Source: Heterodontus francisci (Eukaryota). From it: a stretch of DNA of 64,000 nt. Position 1 is the first letter of the stretch, and the number at the start of each line of letters is the position of its first letter. Under the pieces are notes generated by a model. That model searched no databases. It saw only the letters and a list, made by a program, of their open reading frames with translations, and was not told the origin of the DNA. The stretch is taken from assembly GCF_036365525.1 (NCBI RefSeq), contig NC_090375.1:66511269-66575268 (forward strand). The letters run 5' to 3'. This document shows positions 42,397-55,764 of the stretch, one piece after another. A program made the translations under genes and the position numbers.

Positions 42397-42904
42397 GGAT
42401 ACATGATAATATAATGTTCGGAATAAGTTTCAAATGTCAAAATATCAATGTTAACACCTTAATTAAAAAAGATGGTTATCCAAATATTTATATGATATTG
42501 CTCAAGATTTTGTGCTCAAAATAATGGTGACACTAACAGCGCTTACACTTATTAAGGGATAACTCGGACCTCAAATGCTCAATTAACTGTGGAAATCAAA
42601 AGATGCTGTCCAAGTTGCCCTGCCCCTCCAGACATTTTACTATATCAGCACCTCATCCAGAGACTTGCCGTTGAAACACATGGAACGTGTGAAGTTTCTG
42701 TACTTAACCAATAGATACGAACTAAACTTGCCAGAAAAGATTAAGGCTTGTCCATTCTAGTGTAAATAGATTTTTAACAGTGTGGTAAGTCTTAATTATT
42801 GCCCAACAACCCCTTTAGCATTGAAAATTAACTTTTACAACTGTGGATTTTTATTCCTTCAGATTTTAATTATTGCTGGTTAATAAAAGAAAAAACAAAT
42901 AAAA

Positions 42905-43560
42905 TTGAGAATTGCTGAAAATAGACATGTTGGCGAAGCTTTTCATCTTGGACTCATCAGGATAATATGCAAGAATAACCAATGTAAGGGAAAACAACAA
43001 ATTAAAATGCATGAGAAGAGAGTGCTGATTGGTTGGCAAGTGAACTCTGATTGGTAGAGGTGTTGCCATGGAGAATGCACCAGTTTATGGTGACTGACAG
43101 TTAACTGCCAAGAAATAAAAACAAGAAATGCTGGAACCACTCAGCAGGTCTGGCACCATCTGTGGAAAGAGAAGCAGAGTTAACGTTTCAGGACCCGAAA
43201 TGTTAACTCTGCTTCTCTTTCCACAGGTGCTGCCAGACCTGCTGAGTGGTTCCAGCATTTCTTGTTTTTATTTCAGATTTCCAGCATCTGCAGTATTTTG
43301 CTTTTAGTTAACTGCCAAGCTTTGTTTGAAATTTAAACCTCTGGTTTGACTCTGATTGGTCAAGGCATTGCCCTGAGGAATGAACCAGCGAATTTCTGTC
43401 ACTTTTTTGTTCAGCTGAAACAGGCACAATGTGCGTATATGTCCTTTCTGTCTGCAAAGAACAGAGTCCTGTGTATTGATATATGTAGCTTCTAGTACGC
43501 GCAAATGCGCCACACTGCCAGCACGACTGACCATCATAAATTGGTTGTCAGCGTAATTCT
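42905..43560 (-). mobile_element. Penelope-like element 3' fragment (GIY-YIG C-terminus plus degenerate hammerhead core)
   Basis: LRVLEATYINTQDSVLCRQK; minus-strand CTGATGAG-TCCAAGAT-GAAAAGCTTC at about 42934-42959. Confidence 0.7.
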
Positions 43561-43570
43561 TAGCACACTA

Positions 43571-46500
43571 TGGAACAGTCTGGTCCTAATTTTTAGACGA
43601 TGCTCCCTAGTTTTAGAATCTCCAACCAGTGGAAATAGTTTATCTTTATCCAACCTGTCTTTTCCTGTAAATATCTTGAAGACTTCGATCAGATCACCCC
43701 TTAATCTTCTAAATTCGAGTGAAAACAGGCCTAATTTGAGCAATCTCTCCTCGTAACTTAACCCCTGTAGTACAGGTTTCATTCTTGCAAACCTACATTG
43801 CACTCCCTCCAAGGCCAATATATCCTTCCTAAGGTGTGGTGCCCAGAACTGCCCACAGTACTCCAAGTGGGGTCTAACCAGGGTTTTGTACAGCTGCAGC
43901 ATAACCTCTGTGTCTTAATACTCCAATCCTCGAGATATAAAGGCTAGCATTCCATTCGCCTTTTTGATTATTTTCTGCATTTGCTCATGGCATTTTAAAG
44001 TCTCTTTGGACATCCATTGTACTTAACCTCTTCCCATTTAGAAAGTATCCTGCTCTATCCGTTTTTGGTCCAAAATGGATAATCTCACACTTGCCCGCAT
44101 TGAAATCCATCTGCCACAGTTTTGCCCACTCACCTAGTCTGTCAATATCTCTTTGCAATTTTATGCTATCATCTAGACTGTCGACAGTGCCGCCTAACTT
44201 TGTATCATCAGCAAATTTGGATATATGACTTACTATGCCATCATCCAAGTTGTTAATGAATAATGTGAATAATTGAGGCCCCAACACAGATCCCTGTGGG
44301 ACACCACTAGTTACATCCTGCCAATCGGAGTACTTACCCATTATCCCCACTCTCTGTCGTCTACCACTCAACCAACTTCCTAACCATGTCAATAATTTGC
44401 CCTCAACCCCATGGGCTTCTACCTTAGTTAACAGTCTCTTATGTGGGACTTTATCAAATGCCTTCTGGAAGTCCAATAAATAACATCCATAGACATTCCC
44501 GTGTCCACTAACTTAGTCACCTCTTCAAAAAATTCAATGAGATTTGTCAGGCATGACCTTCCCGTCATGAATCCATGCTGGCTGTCCCTGATTAACTGAA
44601 ATTTTTCGAGGTGTTCAGTCACCCTATCCTTGATTATAGACTTCAGCAACTTGCCCACCACAGATATCAGGCTAACTGGTCTGTAATTTCCTTGGTTCCC
44701 CCTTTCACACTTCTTAAAAAGTGGAGTGACATGTGCAACTTTCCAATCCAGAGGGACCACTCCTGAATCTAGGGAACTCTGAAAGACTATAGTTAGGGCA
44801 TCTACAATGTGCTCCCCTACTTCCTTTAACACCCTCGGATGGAATCAGTCAGGTCCTGGGGATTTCATACTCTTTAGTTCCATTAGTTTCCTTGTTACTG
44901 ATTTTTTTACTTACGTTAATTGTATTAAGTCCCTGTCCCCTATCGGCTATTAATTTTTTCGGGACTTGCGGCAAGTTATCCTCCTTTTCAGCTGTAAATA
45001 CTGAGGCAAAGTAATTGTTCAACATGTCTGCCATTTCCCCATTATCAATGACAATATCTCCATTTTCAGCTTTTAGTGGGCCGACATTGCTCGTGACCAC
45101 CCGCTTTCTCTTTATGTAACTATAAAATTTCTTCTTATTGATTTTGAAGTTCCTTGCAAGTTTCCTTTCATAATCTCTTTTAGTAGCTCTTATAAGCTGC
45201 TTTGTGACCCTTTGCTGGTCTTTGTATCGATCCCATTCGGCCGGATCTGTGCTGCATTTTGCATTTTTGTAAGCCCTTTCTTTTTGTTTTATGCTATCCC
45301 TAATCTCTTTAGTTGTCCAATGCTGTTTTTTCTGTGAAGTGGAGCTTTTTCCTCTCAGGGGTATATACTCGCTCTGTATTTCGTTAAATGTTTCTTTAAA
45401 TATTCTCCACTGTTCTTCGGTCGTTTGACCCATTACAGATCGACCCAGTTTACCTTGGACAGTCTCTGTCTCATCCCGGTAAAGTCAGCCTTACCCAAGT
45501 CTAAAATTCTAGTAGCTAATTCGTGTTTTTCACTTTCAAATGCTACCTTGAATTCGATCATGTTGTGATCACTATTTGATAAATGTTCTCGCACATTTAG
45601 GCTACTAATTAAATTTGGCTTATTACTCATAACTAAATCTAATATTGCCTGTCCCCTTGTTACATCTAGGACATATTGCTGTAGGAAACTATCCCGGACA
45701 CATTCCAGAAATTCACTACCTTTCTGATAGGTGCCAGTCTGCCTCTCCCAATCTATGTAGAAGTTAAAATCCCCCATTAATACTACTCTGCCTTTGTTAC
45801 ACATTTGCCTAATTTGTGCATTTATACAATCTAACACCTCAGAACTGCTACCAGGGTGTCTATACACAACACCTATTATAGTTTTAGATCCTTTCCTGTT
45901 CCTCAATTCCACCCATAAGGTGGATGCTTTCCCCTCATTATATCCTCCCTCACCAATGAGGTGATATTATTTCTAATCAATAAGGCTACTCCACCCCCTC
46001 TGCCATTTTCCCTGTCCCTCCTGTAAGAACAAAGAGAACAAAGAACAAAGAAAATTACAGCACAGGAACAGGCCCTTCGGCCCTCCAAGCCTGCGCCGAT
46101 CCAGATCCCCTATCTAAACATGTCGCCTATTTTCTTAGGGTCTGTATCTCTTTGCTTCCTGCCCATTCATGTATCTGTCTAGATACATCTTAAAAGACGC
46201 TATCGTGTTCGCGTCTACCACCTCCGCTGGCAACGCGTTCCAGGCACCCACCACCCTCTGCGTAAAGAACTTTCCACGCATATCCCCCCTAAACTTTTCC
46301 CCTCTCACTTTGAACTCGTGACCCCTAGTAATTGAATCCCCCACTCTGGGAAAAAGCTTCTTGCTATCCACCCTGTCTATACCTCTCATGATTTTGTACA
46401 CCTCAATCAGGTCCCCCCTCAACCTTCGTCTTTCTAATGAAAATAATCCTAATCTACTCAACCTCTCTTCATAGCTAGCGCCCTCCATACCAGGCAACAT

Positions 46501-49500
46501 CCTGGTGAACCTCCTCTGCACCCTCTCCAAAGCATCTACATCCTTTTGGTAATGTGGCGACCAGAACTGCACGCAGTATTCCAAATGTGGCCGAACCAAA
46601 GTCTTATACAACTGTAACATGACCTGCCAACCCTTGTACTCCAATGAAGGAAAGCATGCTGTATGCCTTCTTGACCACTCTATTGACCTGCGTTGCCACC
46701 TTCAGGGAACGATGGACCTGAACACCCAAATCTCTCTGTACATCAATTTGCCCCAGGACTTTTCCATTTACAGTATAATTCACTCTTGAATTGGATCTTC
46801 CAAAATGCATCACCTCGCATTTGCCCTGATTGAACTCCATCTGCCATTTCTCTGCCCAACTCTCCAATCTATTTAAATTCTGCTGTATTCTCTGACAGTC
46901 CCCTTCACTATCTGCTACTCCACCAATCTTAGTGTCGTCTGCAAACTTGCTAATCAGACCACCTATACTTTCCTCCAAATCATTTATGTATATCACAAAC
47001 AACAGTGGTCCCAGCACGGATCCCTGTGGAACACCACTGGTCACACGTCTCCATTTTGAGAAACTCCCTTCCACTGCTACTCTCTGTCTCCTGTTGCCCA
47101 GCCAGTTCTTTATCCATCTAGCTAGTACACCCTGGACCCCATGCGACTTCACTTTCTCCATCAGCCTACCATGGGGAACCTTATCAAACGCCTTACTGAA
47201 GTCCATATATGACATCTACAGCCCTTCTCTCATCAATCAACTTTGTCGCTTCCTCAAAGAATTCTATTAAGTTGGTAAGACATGACCTTCCCTGCACAAA
47301 ACCATGTTGCCTATCACTGGTAAGCCCATTTTCTTCCAAATGGGAATAGATCCTATCCCTCAGTATCTTCTCCAGCAGCTTCCCTACCACTGACGTCAGG
47401 CTCACCGGTCTATAATTACCTGGATTTTCCCTGCTACCCTTCTTAAACAAGGGGACAACATTAGCAATTCTCCAGTCCTCCGGGACCTCACCCGTGTTTA
47501 AGGATGCTGCAAAGATATCTGTTAAGGCCCCAGCTATTTCCTCTCTCGCTTCCCTCAGTAACCTGGGATAGATCCCATCCGGACCTGGGGACTTGTCCAC
47601 CTTAATGCCTTTTAGAATACCCAACACTTCCTCCCTCCTTATGCCGACTTGACCCTCTGATGTATGAAACAGATGTATGAATTGAATATTAGCAGTATAG
47701 TTATCCAATGCAGTTTCTAAACTGCCAAACTACAATACCTGTGTATTGTATGTTAAAAAATAAAAAAAAATCTAAAATGTACCTGTGTACATAACTTTGT
47801 AAAGACACTGAGAAATTATACTAACTTATTTATGTTAAGAATTGATGTTTTTGGAATCTAGAAGATAATTTTCCGTTAAGCCAAAGTGGCGTTTTTCATG
47901 TGCATTTGTAAATGCTTTATTGTAGATCTGTCCCTCACCTCAACATCCGTCATGTCCCTCTCCTCGGTGAATACCGATGCAAAGTACTCATTTAGAATCT
48001 CACCCATTTTCTCTGACTCCACGCATAACTTTCCTCCTTTGTCCTTGAGTGGGCCAATCCTTTCTCTAGTTACCCTCTTGCTCCTTATATATGAAGAAAA
48101 GTCTTTGGGATTTTCCTTAACCCTGTTTGCTAAAGATATTTCATGACCCCTTTTAGCCCTCTTAATTCCTCGTTTCAGATTGGTCCGACATTCCCGATAT
48201 TCTTTCAAAGCTTCGTCTTTCTTCAGCCTCCTAGACCTTATGTATGCTTCCTTTTTCCTCTTAGCTAGTCTCACAATTTCACCTGTCATCCATGGTTCCC
48301 TAATCTTGCCATTTCGATCCCTCATTTTCACAGGAACATGTCTCTCCTGCACGCTAATCAACCTCTCTTTAAAAGCCTCCCACATATCAAATATGGATTT
48401 ACCTTCAAACAGCTGCTCCCAATCTACATTCCCCAGCTCCTGCCGAATTTTGGTATAGTTGGCCTTCCCCCAATTTAGCACTCTTCCTTTGGGACCACTC
48501 TCGTCTTTGTCCATGAGTATTCTAAATCTTACGGAATTGTGATCACTATTCCCAAAGTAGTCCCCTACTGAAACGTCAACCACCTGGCCGGGCTCATTCC
48601 CCAACACCAGGTCCAGTATGGCCCCTTCCCGAGTTGGACTATTTACATACTGCTCTAGAAAACCCTCCTGGATGCTCCTTACAAATTCTGCTCCATCTGG
48701 ACCTCTAACACTAAGTGAATCCCAGTCAATGTTGGGAAAATTAAAATCTCCTATCACCACCACCCTGTTGCTCCTACATCTTTCCATAATCTGTTTACAT
48801 ATTTGTACCTCTATCTCACGCTCGCTGTTGGGAGGCCTGTAGTACAGCCCCAACATTGTTACCGCACCCTTCCTATTTCTGAGTTCTGCCCATATTGCCT
48901 GACTGCTCGAGTCCTCCACAGTGCCCTCCTTCAGCACAGCTGTGATATCCTCTTTGACCAGTACTGCAACTCCTCCACCCCTTTTACCTCCTTCTCTATC
49001 CCGCCGGAAACATCGATATCCTGGGATATTTAGTTGCCAATCATGCCCTTCCCTCAACCAAGTCTCAGTAATAGCAATAACATCATACTCCCAGGTACTA
49101 ATCCAGGCCCTAAGTTCATCTGCCTTACCTACTACACTTCTTGCATTAAAACAAATGCACCTCAGACCACCAGTCCCTTTGCGTTCATCATCTGCTCCCT
49201 GTCTACTCTTTTCCTTAGTCACGCTGACTTCATTATCTAGTTCCTTACAGGCTTTAGTTACTACCTCCTTACTGTCCACTGACCTCCTCATTTGGTTCCC
49301 ATCCCCCTACCACATTAGTTTAAACCCTCCCCAACAGCGTTAGCAAAAGCACCGCCAAGGACATTGGTTCCAGTCCGGCTCAGGTGTAGACCGTCCAATT
49401 TGTAATAGTCCCACCTCCCCCAGAACCGGTCCCAATGTCCCAAAAATCTGAACCCCTCCCTCCTGCACCATCTCTCAAGCCACGCATTCATCCTGACTAT

Positions 49501-50220
49501 TCTTTCATTTCTACTCTGACTATCACGTGGCACTGGCAGCAATCCTGAGATTACTACCTCTGAGGTCCTACTTTTTAACTTGGCTCCTAACTCCCTAAAT
49601 TCTGCTTGTAGGACCTCATCCCGTTTTTTACCTATATCATTGGTGCCTATGTGCACAACGACAACTGGCTGTTCATCCTCCCCTTTCAGAATGTTCTGCA
49701 GCCGATCTGAGACATCCCTGACCCGTGCACCTGGGAGGCAACATACCATTCGGGAGTCTCGTTTTCGACCAGAGAACCGCCTATCTACTCCCCTTACAAT
49801 CGAATCCCCTATGACTATAGCCCTTCCACTCTTTTTCCCGCTCTTCCGAACAGCAGAGCCAGCCACGGTGCCATGAACCTTTATAACCAGGTATATTTAG
49901 TTCCCAGTCCCGACCATCCTGCAGCCACATCTCTGCAATCTCATATTCTTCCATTTGATTTTGCGCCTGCAGCTCATCTAGTTTATTCCTCACACTCCAT
50001 GCATTTGTATATAGAACTCTTATTTGGGCTATAGTCCCTAACCTGTCCCTCAGCACTGATGCTTTATTCGCCTGTTTATTATTTCTCTCTTCTCGGTTAA
50101 CCAGTATACTTCTTGCAGTTTGGTAACAATCATCCTCACCACTAACCTACACTCCTACCTTCTCCTTTAACTTCCTGTTTTTCCATGCAACTGAACCCTC
50201 TCCCCATTATTTAGTTTAAT
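43571..50220 (-). mobile_element. CR1 LINE ORF2 (43571-46025 and 49876-50220) interrupted by a younger CR1
   Basis: Host frame ...WELNIPGYK at about 49880 continues as YRRDRENGRGGGVALL at about 46025; endonuclease and RT ORF fragments 43534-45912. Confidence 0.9.
46026..49875 (-). mobile_element. Young CR1 LINE: 5'-truncated ORF1 (SGNH esterase) plus near-complete ORF2
   Basis: ORF1 49315-49866 has GDS, HIGTND and DGLHL; ORF2 endonuclease 47926-49291 (ITETWL, GDFN, SDHN); RT FADDTK; repeat tail. Confidence 0.95.
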
Positions 50221-51754
50221 TGTATGCTGGTGGTGGGCATTAATTGGGGATACACTTGTGCTCCTATAAATAGGAACAGACTGAAACTACAGTTACTGGG
50301 TTAGGAGGTGCATGTTTGCAATGTGTATCTCTGTAACTAAATGCTTATAAAGTTTGCAACGATTGGTTGCAATTCTATCCTTCACCACCTGGCTTTCTGA
50401 ATTATAACAGAAGTAAACTCCTACAATAAAATCAAAATACATTATACACACAGCTAAATTCCACCACAATATTTCGGAAAACAGCTCCCAAGTCATGACA
50501 GACAAGAGGGGTAAATTTGATCTTGTGCGATAGTGTAAGATGGAAATAAACTTCCATTCACATCAATGGCGATAAAAAAAGCAGGATGTAAAGCGAGCTG
50601 ATGTTTGCTGTCAACCATTTTACATTACCGCACAAGCAAAATTACTCCCAATGAAAAGTAAGACTGAAAAATGGAAAATACATTAATGCTGATGATTTTT
50701 CAATCAGCATTCCCACTTGGGATTTTTAAGAGCTTATGTTCTAGCACTTAAGTCAGGGCATGAACCGACAGTTATTTCTCTTTTCTCTGTTCCTCTTGTC
50801 TTTTTTCAAGAAATGCGATAGCTTTTATATTCATGCAGTTTGATGACTGAAGTACTCATCTGCTTTTTATAGCTGCAGGATGCTGCTAGAATCGTTTGCT
50901 AACATTTTTTATTGTCTTATTTCCCCACTGTGCTACATTATTTGATTGCAGGAATTTATTATTCTTAATGTATTTTATTTCAAAACTCAATAAAATGTTA
51001 ATCAAGCTCTCCAAATATCTCAGTTTGAAGAATATTCAGCCAAGGTCTCCAATCGTAGTTGCCATCAAGTGTCTCCTGCTGGAAAATGCACTTGTGTGGG
51101 AGTTGGGTGAGGATAGATTTGGATTGCCTATGATATCCCTTCATGGTCAAATAGCCTGCTGACAATAAAAAAAAAAGCAAAATACTGCAGATGCAGGATC
51201 CGCCATGGGCAGGACTGGAGGCAGATGTGGCCTGAAAATGTTGGCATTGGATGGCGTGCCTGTTTATTGACGCCAGCCATTTTTGCGGAAGCAGGATGGA
51301 GCAGGCAGGGACACCCACCCACACGCAGCGCCAGCTCTTTAAGGGCCTAATAAAGCCCAATTAAAGGAGGCCAACTGGGATTTTCCACTCGGCTTCCAGT
51401 TTCCCACACTGGCGGGTTCAGTTTAGGTGCCCAGAGGTGGCCAGCACTCCAGGCAGACCTAGAGGCATGCCCAACAGTTGATGGCCTGGCTGCTGTATCT
51501 ATTTTTTACTTAAATATTTAAAAAAGGTGGAGAGAGAGTGCCTCCATGTTGAAGCGCCCTCTCTGTTACCATCTTACCATCCATTACAGCCTGCTACTCC
51601 TCTCAAGCTGGAAGGCCTCTGTCTCCATGCTAATTAAGGGGCGCCCCATGAAAATTCCAGGTCAGTGACTGTTTCTCCCTGGGGGGCAGATTCAGGACCC
51701 AGAAAAAGTCCCAATTTCTGTTTCCAGCCCCTGGAGGGAAAATCCAATCCATCG

Positions 51755-51812
51755 TTTCAGGTCTGTGACCTTTCATCTGATGAAAGGTCATCGACCTGAA
51801 ATGTTAACTCTG
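51755..51812. ncRNA. Two back-to-back hammerhead-like cores
   Basis: TTTCAGGTCTGTGACCTTTCATC followed by TGATGAAAGGTCATCGACCTGAAATGTTAACTC. Confidence 0.55.
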
Positions 51813-53902
51813 TTTCTCTCTCTACAGATGCTGCCTGATCTGCTGAGTATTTCTAGCCTGCTGATAATCTTGGCTCACAGATGAAGAATAGTCACTTTCA
51901 AGAGATAATGCAGGGTGCGTGGAAACTGTGAAACAGGAATGCAGCTGATGCAGCACTTACAAAAAACTGTGCTTTGTTTTTGTTCCTTTAGTTTCGTGGC
52001 TGGTAACAATTTGCAACCAAATTGCTTCAATGCAGACAATCCTAGGTGAGAAACTAGCATTTGTAAATCACAGAACAGGCAAAAGTCAAATAGAAACATA
52101 GCCATAGATTGTCAGTTGTAATTCTGGACATTAATTTCTGGGCAAAAAAAATCTATTCAAACAGAATGTGAGTTAAACTGAACAGCAAAAAGAAAGAGGA
52201 AAACATTATTCGGGAAGGTTTACTAGAAAGTATAAGTTGAGGTTTGTACCTAAAATTTGTAAGCTATGAACAATGACAAAAAGTTTATCAAGTTGCAACA
52301 TAAGGGGGACCTGAAATGCGAAATTTGCTTTCCCAAATCAGATCTAATCTCACAGAATGTTTAAGATTTAGAAGATTTTTTAAGGACACTGGGTGGAGAC
52401 CAAAGAGCAAAGATGCCATCAAGGATTGAAAAAAATGGGAGAGAAGCCAGGGTAAACAATGTAGCACCAAGGTGAAGCCAAACTTGGGTTTTAAACGTCT
52501 GAAATTTGTAGGATGAAGGATAGAAAAGGAGGGAGAGAATTCCACAGTTTCAAGGTCCAGAGAAAGTACAAGTTAAGGAGACAGTGCAATGAATCTTGAT
52601 TTCAACGCCATGAGAATGCAGAAAGGAGGAAGAGTACGTACAACCATATATTTACAGCTTAGAAGGAGTAAGGTGATCAAAACAATAATACTGATAAAAT
52701 CGAGAAAGAAAAGAAAGTAATGACAGAAATGACTTGATTACAAGGCTAAATGTGATAGAAGGATCTCCTAATCATAATACCACAAATCAGAAACTCATAT
52801 ATAGCCATCTGCTTATTTATTTTTACATTCCCTTTTCCTGGATTCCCCAGCTGAGAGGAATGTTGGGCTGAATTTTACGCCGCCCCAGCAGGTCGGATGG
52901 TGGCGTGGAGGTGGCATAAAGTTGAGCGGGAGGCTCCGGGAGGCCTTCCCGCCCTGCTCCTGCCTCCGGCCAACTTCATGGTGGTTGGGTGGGGGTACAG
53001 CCCGAGGCCAATCAAGGTCCTTCAGTGGCCACTGAATGCCCACTTAAGGGCTCTCGCCCATCTCCACAGGCATTTTACCCTTGGCAAGCGGGCATGCTGG
53101 GGATGTGAACGGCTGCTCAGCACTAACTGATGGCCTTTCCGCGCGTCGGCGGGTGCCATGGCAGTCGGGCACAGGGTGCCTGATTGAGGACTGGCCCCGC
53201 CTCCCAACCCACCCCCGGGACCCAAGACACCCCCACCCCGCCCCCCCAAACGACTACCCTTGCCTCGCCGCCAAGACCGATCACCTCCCCAGCAAGACAA
53301 GCCCAACTTACCTGAAATCCTGGCCCCATGGTGTCCACTGGGCTGCAGTCCCAGCAGTGACTACCGCTTCCGGTTGCGCTGCTGGGACTAAGAGCTGCCA
53401 GTCTGCTGATTGGCCAGCAGCTCACTGAGGCGGGACCTCCTCCCTCAAGAGGATGGTAGTCCTGCCTCGGGACAATTAAAGCTCGGGAACCCGTAAAATG
53501 CGGGTCGGATCCCCAGGCTAGGTGGAAGTGGGTTCGCCACCGACTTTTATGTTAATCAAGCCTGTTAACTCTCTGAATGTTATTTTTCAGCCATTCACTA
53601 GAGTACGTGTTAATGCAGTCTAGGGTGAGTTTGATTCATTTTTTGAGAAGGCTGTCATCCCAGGTCACCCTCTCATAACACAATTACGTGACCAATGACA
53701 GAATAACATTAGCAGATGAAAGGGGAACAGCTCTGCCTGTTTCATTCATGGCCTAGGAAGTCTTGGAAGAGGAGGAGGGTAAGAAAAATAGAAACTACTT
53801 TCTATCTAAACAGATATCTCAACTAGCTAAACAATGAGTAGATAAGCCATAGAGACTAGGAAGAGTCCAAATTTAATTCCTGGGCTGTATTGGTTATATC
53901 AT

Positions 53903-54545
53903 ACTGGAACACACTACCTGAAGGGGTGGTAGAGGCAGGAAGCCTCACAACATTTAAGAAGTATTTAGATGAGCACTTAAAACGCCATAGCATACAAGGC
54001 TACGGGCCGAGTGCTGGAAAATGGGATTAGAATAGTTAGGTGCTTGATGGCTGGCACAAACACGATGGGCCAAAGGTCCTGTTTCTGTGCTGTATAACTC
54101 TATGACTCTATAATCAAGGCAGAAATTGGAGCAATACAATTGGCTTTAGCTCTTTGAGCTAAAGAGTGGAAAATAGATTTCCTATTCTTGGCTGCTATCC
54201 CCTCCTGGAAAGATCAGCTTCACTTGTGGAACTTGTCACTGTAATTGAACAGTCTGCTAACCCAAATTGTCAAGGCTGACACATAGAGTCATAGAGTTTT
54301 ACAGCAGAGAAACAGGCCCTTTGGCCCATCGTGTCTGTGCTGGCCATCAAGCACCTAACTATTCTAATCCCATTTTCCAGCAGTTGGCCCGTAGCCTTGT
54401 ATGCTATGGCACTTCAAGTGCTCATCTAAATACTTCTTAAATGTTGTGATGGTTCCTGCCTCTATCATCTCTTCAGGCAGTGTGTTCCAGATTCCAACCA
54501 TCCTCTGGGTGAAAACATTTTTCTTCAAACCCCCACTAAACCTCC
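53903..54545. mobile_element. Two CR1 3' ends in inverted (tail-to-tail) orientation
   Basis: 53903-54110 (+) and 54283-54545 (-) share about 200 bp and the CTCTATGACTCTA tail; same family at 31275-31440. Confidence 0.85.
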
Positions 54546-55260
54546 ATGAAGAACTGCCATTTGGGCAAGACAGCTGGAGGCACAGCAGCTGATGGAGAAG
54601 TGAAGAAATCGGGGATACACAAAAGGCCAGAATTGGAGGAGTGCAGAAATCTTGAAGCATGTGGAACTATATGCTAGAGGAAAGAAGGAGAGAAAAATGG
54701 TAGAAATGAACAACAACGACTTGCATTTACATAGTGTCTTTAACGTAGTAAAAGGTTCCTAGGTGCTTGACAGAAGCATCATAAAGCAAAATTTGACACT
54801 GAACCACGTAACGAGATTTGAGGGCAGGTGATCAAAAGCTTTGCCAAAGAGGTAGGTTTGAAGGAGGAGAGGGTGTTAGAGAGGCAGAGAGGTTTAGGTA
54901 GAGAATTCCAGCGCTTCAGGTCTAGGCAACTGAAGGCACAGCAGGCAATGGAGGAGTGAAGAAAATCAGAGAAATGCAAAAGGCCAGAATTGGAGAGCGC
55001 AGAGATCGTTGAGGCCTATAGGGCTGAAGGAGGTTACAGAGGTAAGTAGGGGTACTTGACAATCAAGAAGATGTAAGATAGGAAGCTGAGCTCAGGGTCA
55101 TGTAGGACAGCAAGATTAGAAACAGTCTGGTTCAGCCTCAGAGATTGGTCTGGTAGAGTGTCCAGGTTAGTGGTGAGAGGATGGAGATTCTGGTCGGGAT
55201 CAAAGAGAATGGTTTTGGTCAATCCAATATTTAATTGGAAGACATTTCTGCTCATCCAAT
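54546..55260 (-). mobile_element. L2-type LINE 3' remnant
   Basis: FQLNIGLTKTILF and RWNSLPKPLCLS remnants; GTTGTTGTT-type tail near 54710. Confidence 0.65.
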
Positions 55261-55596
55261 GAAAGACGTTTGTATAATTTGTCCTTTATTATTCCCTAAA
55301 GATGGTCTTGTTAGGATTAGACCAAAATTTCAATGATAAAGATTTTTTTATTTCATAGCTGAGCAATATATACCAGAAGTGGCTCATGTTTGATTCTAGG
55401 TCTGTGTTGGCCTCAGCCAGGGCACAAGTTGGAGATTTAATTAGCGTGATTTAACTTGGAAGTAACTTGACTTTATTAAAATCTAAAGTGTATCAGATTT
55501 CTGTGCTGAGATTATCCTTCACTAAAAATTTTGCATCCTCATAAAGCAATCCTTCGAAGCCTCACCAAGTCATATAATTTGACATGAATTACATAC

Positions 55597-55764
55597 CACA
55601 ATCCTCAAGTCACGAGTAGTGTTCTCTGGGATTGTTATTCGATATTCTTCTTGCTCCCACTGGGGTGGTTGGTTATGTATATTAGTGATGGTAACTGTTA
55701 GTTCTACGTTGCTGCTTCGATTGCCTCCGTCAGTTGCTATAATTTGACGACTGATATGAGCGAT
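55597..55764 (-). CDS. Type III cadherin exon 2 (not in ORF track)
   Basis: CTAG|ATC...GTG|GTATGT, 168 nt, phase 0 to 0; IAHISRQIIATDGGNRSSNVELTVTITNIHNQPPQWEQEEYRITIPENTTRDLRIV. Confidence 0.9.
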
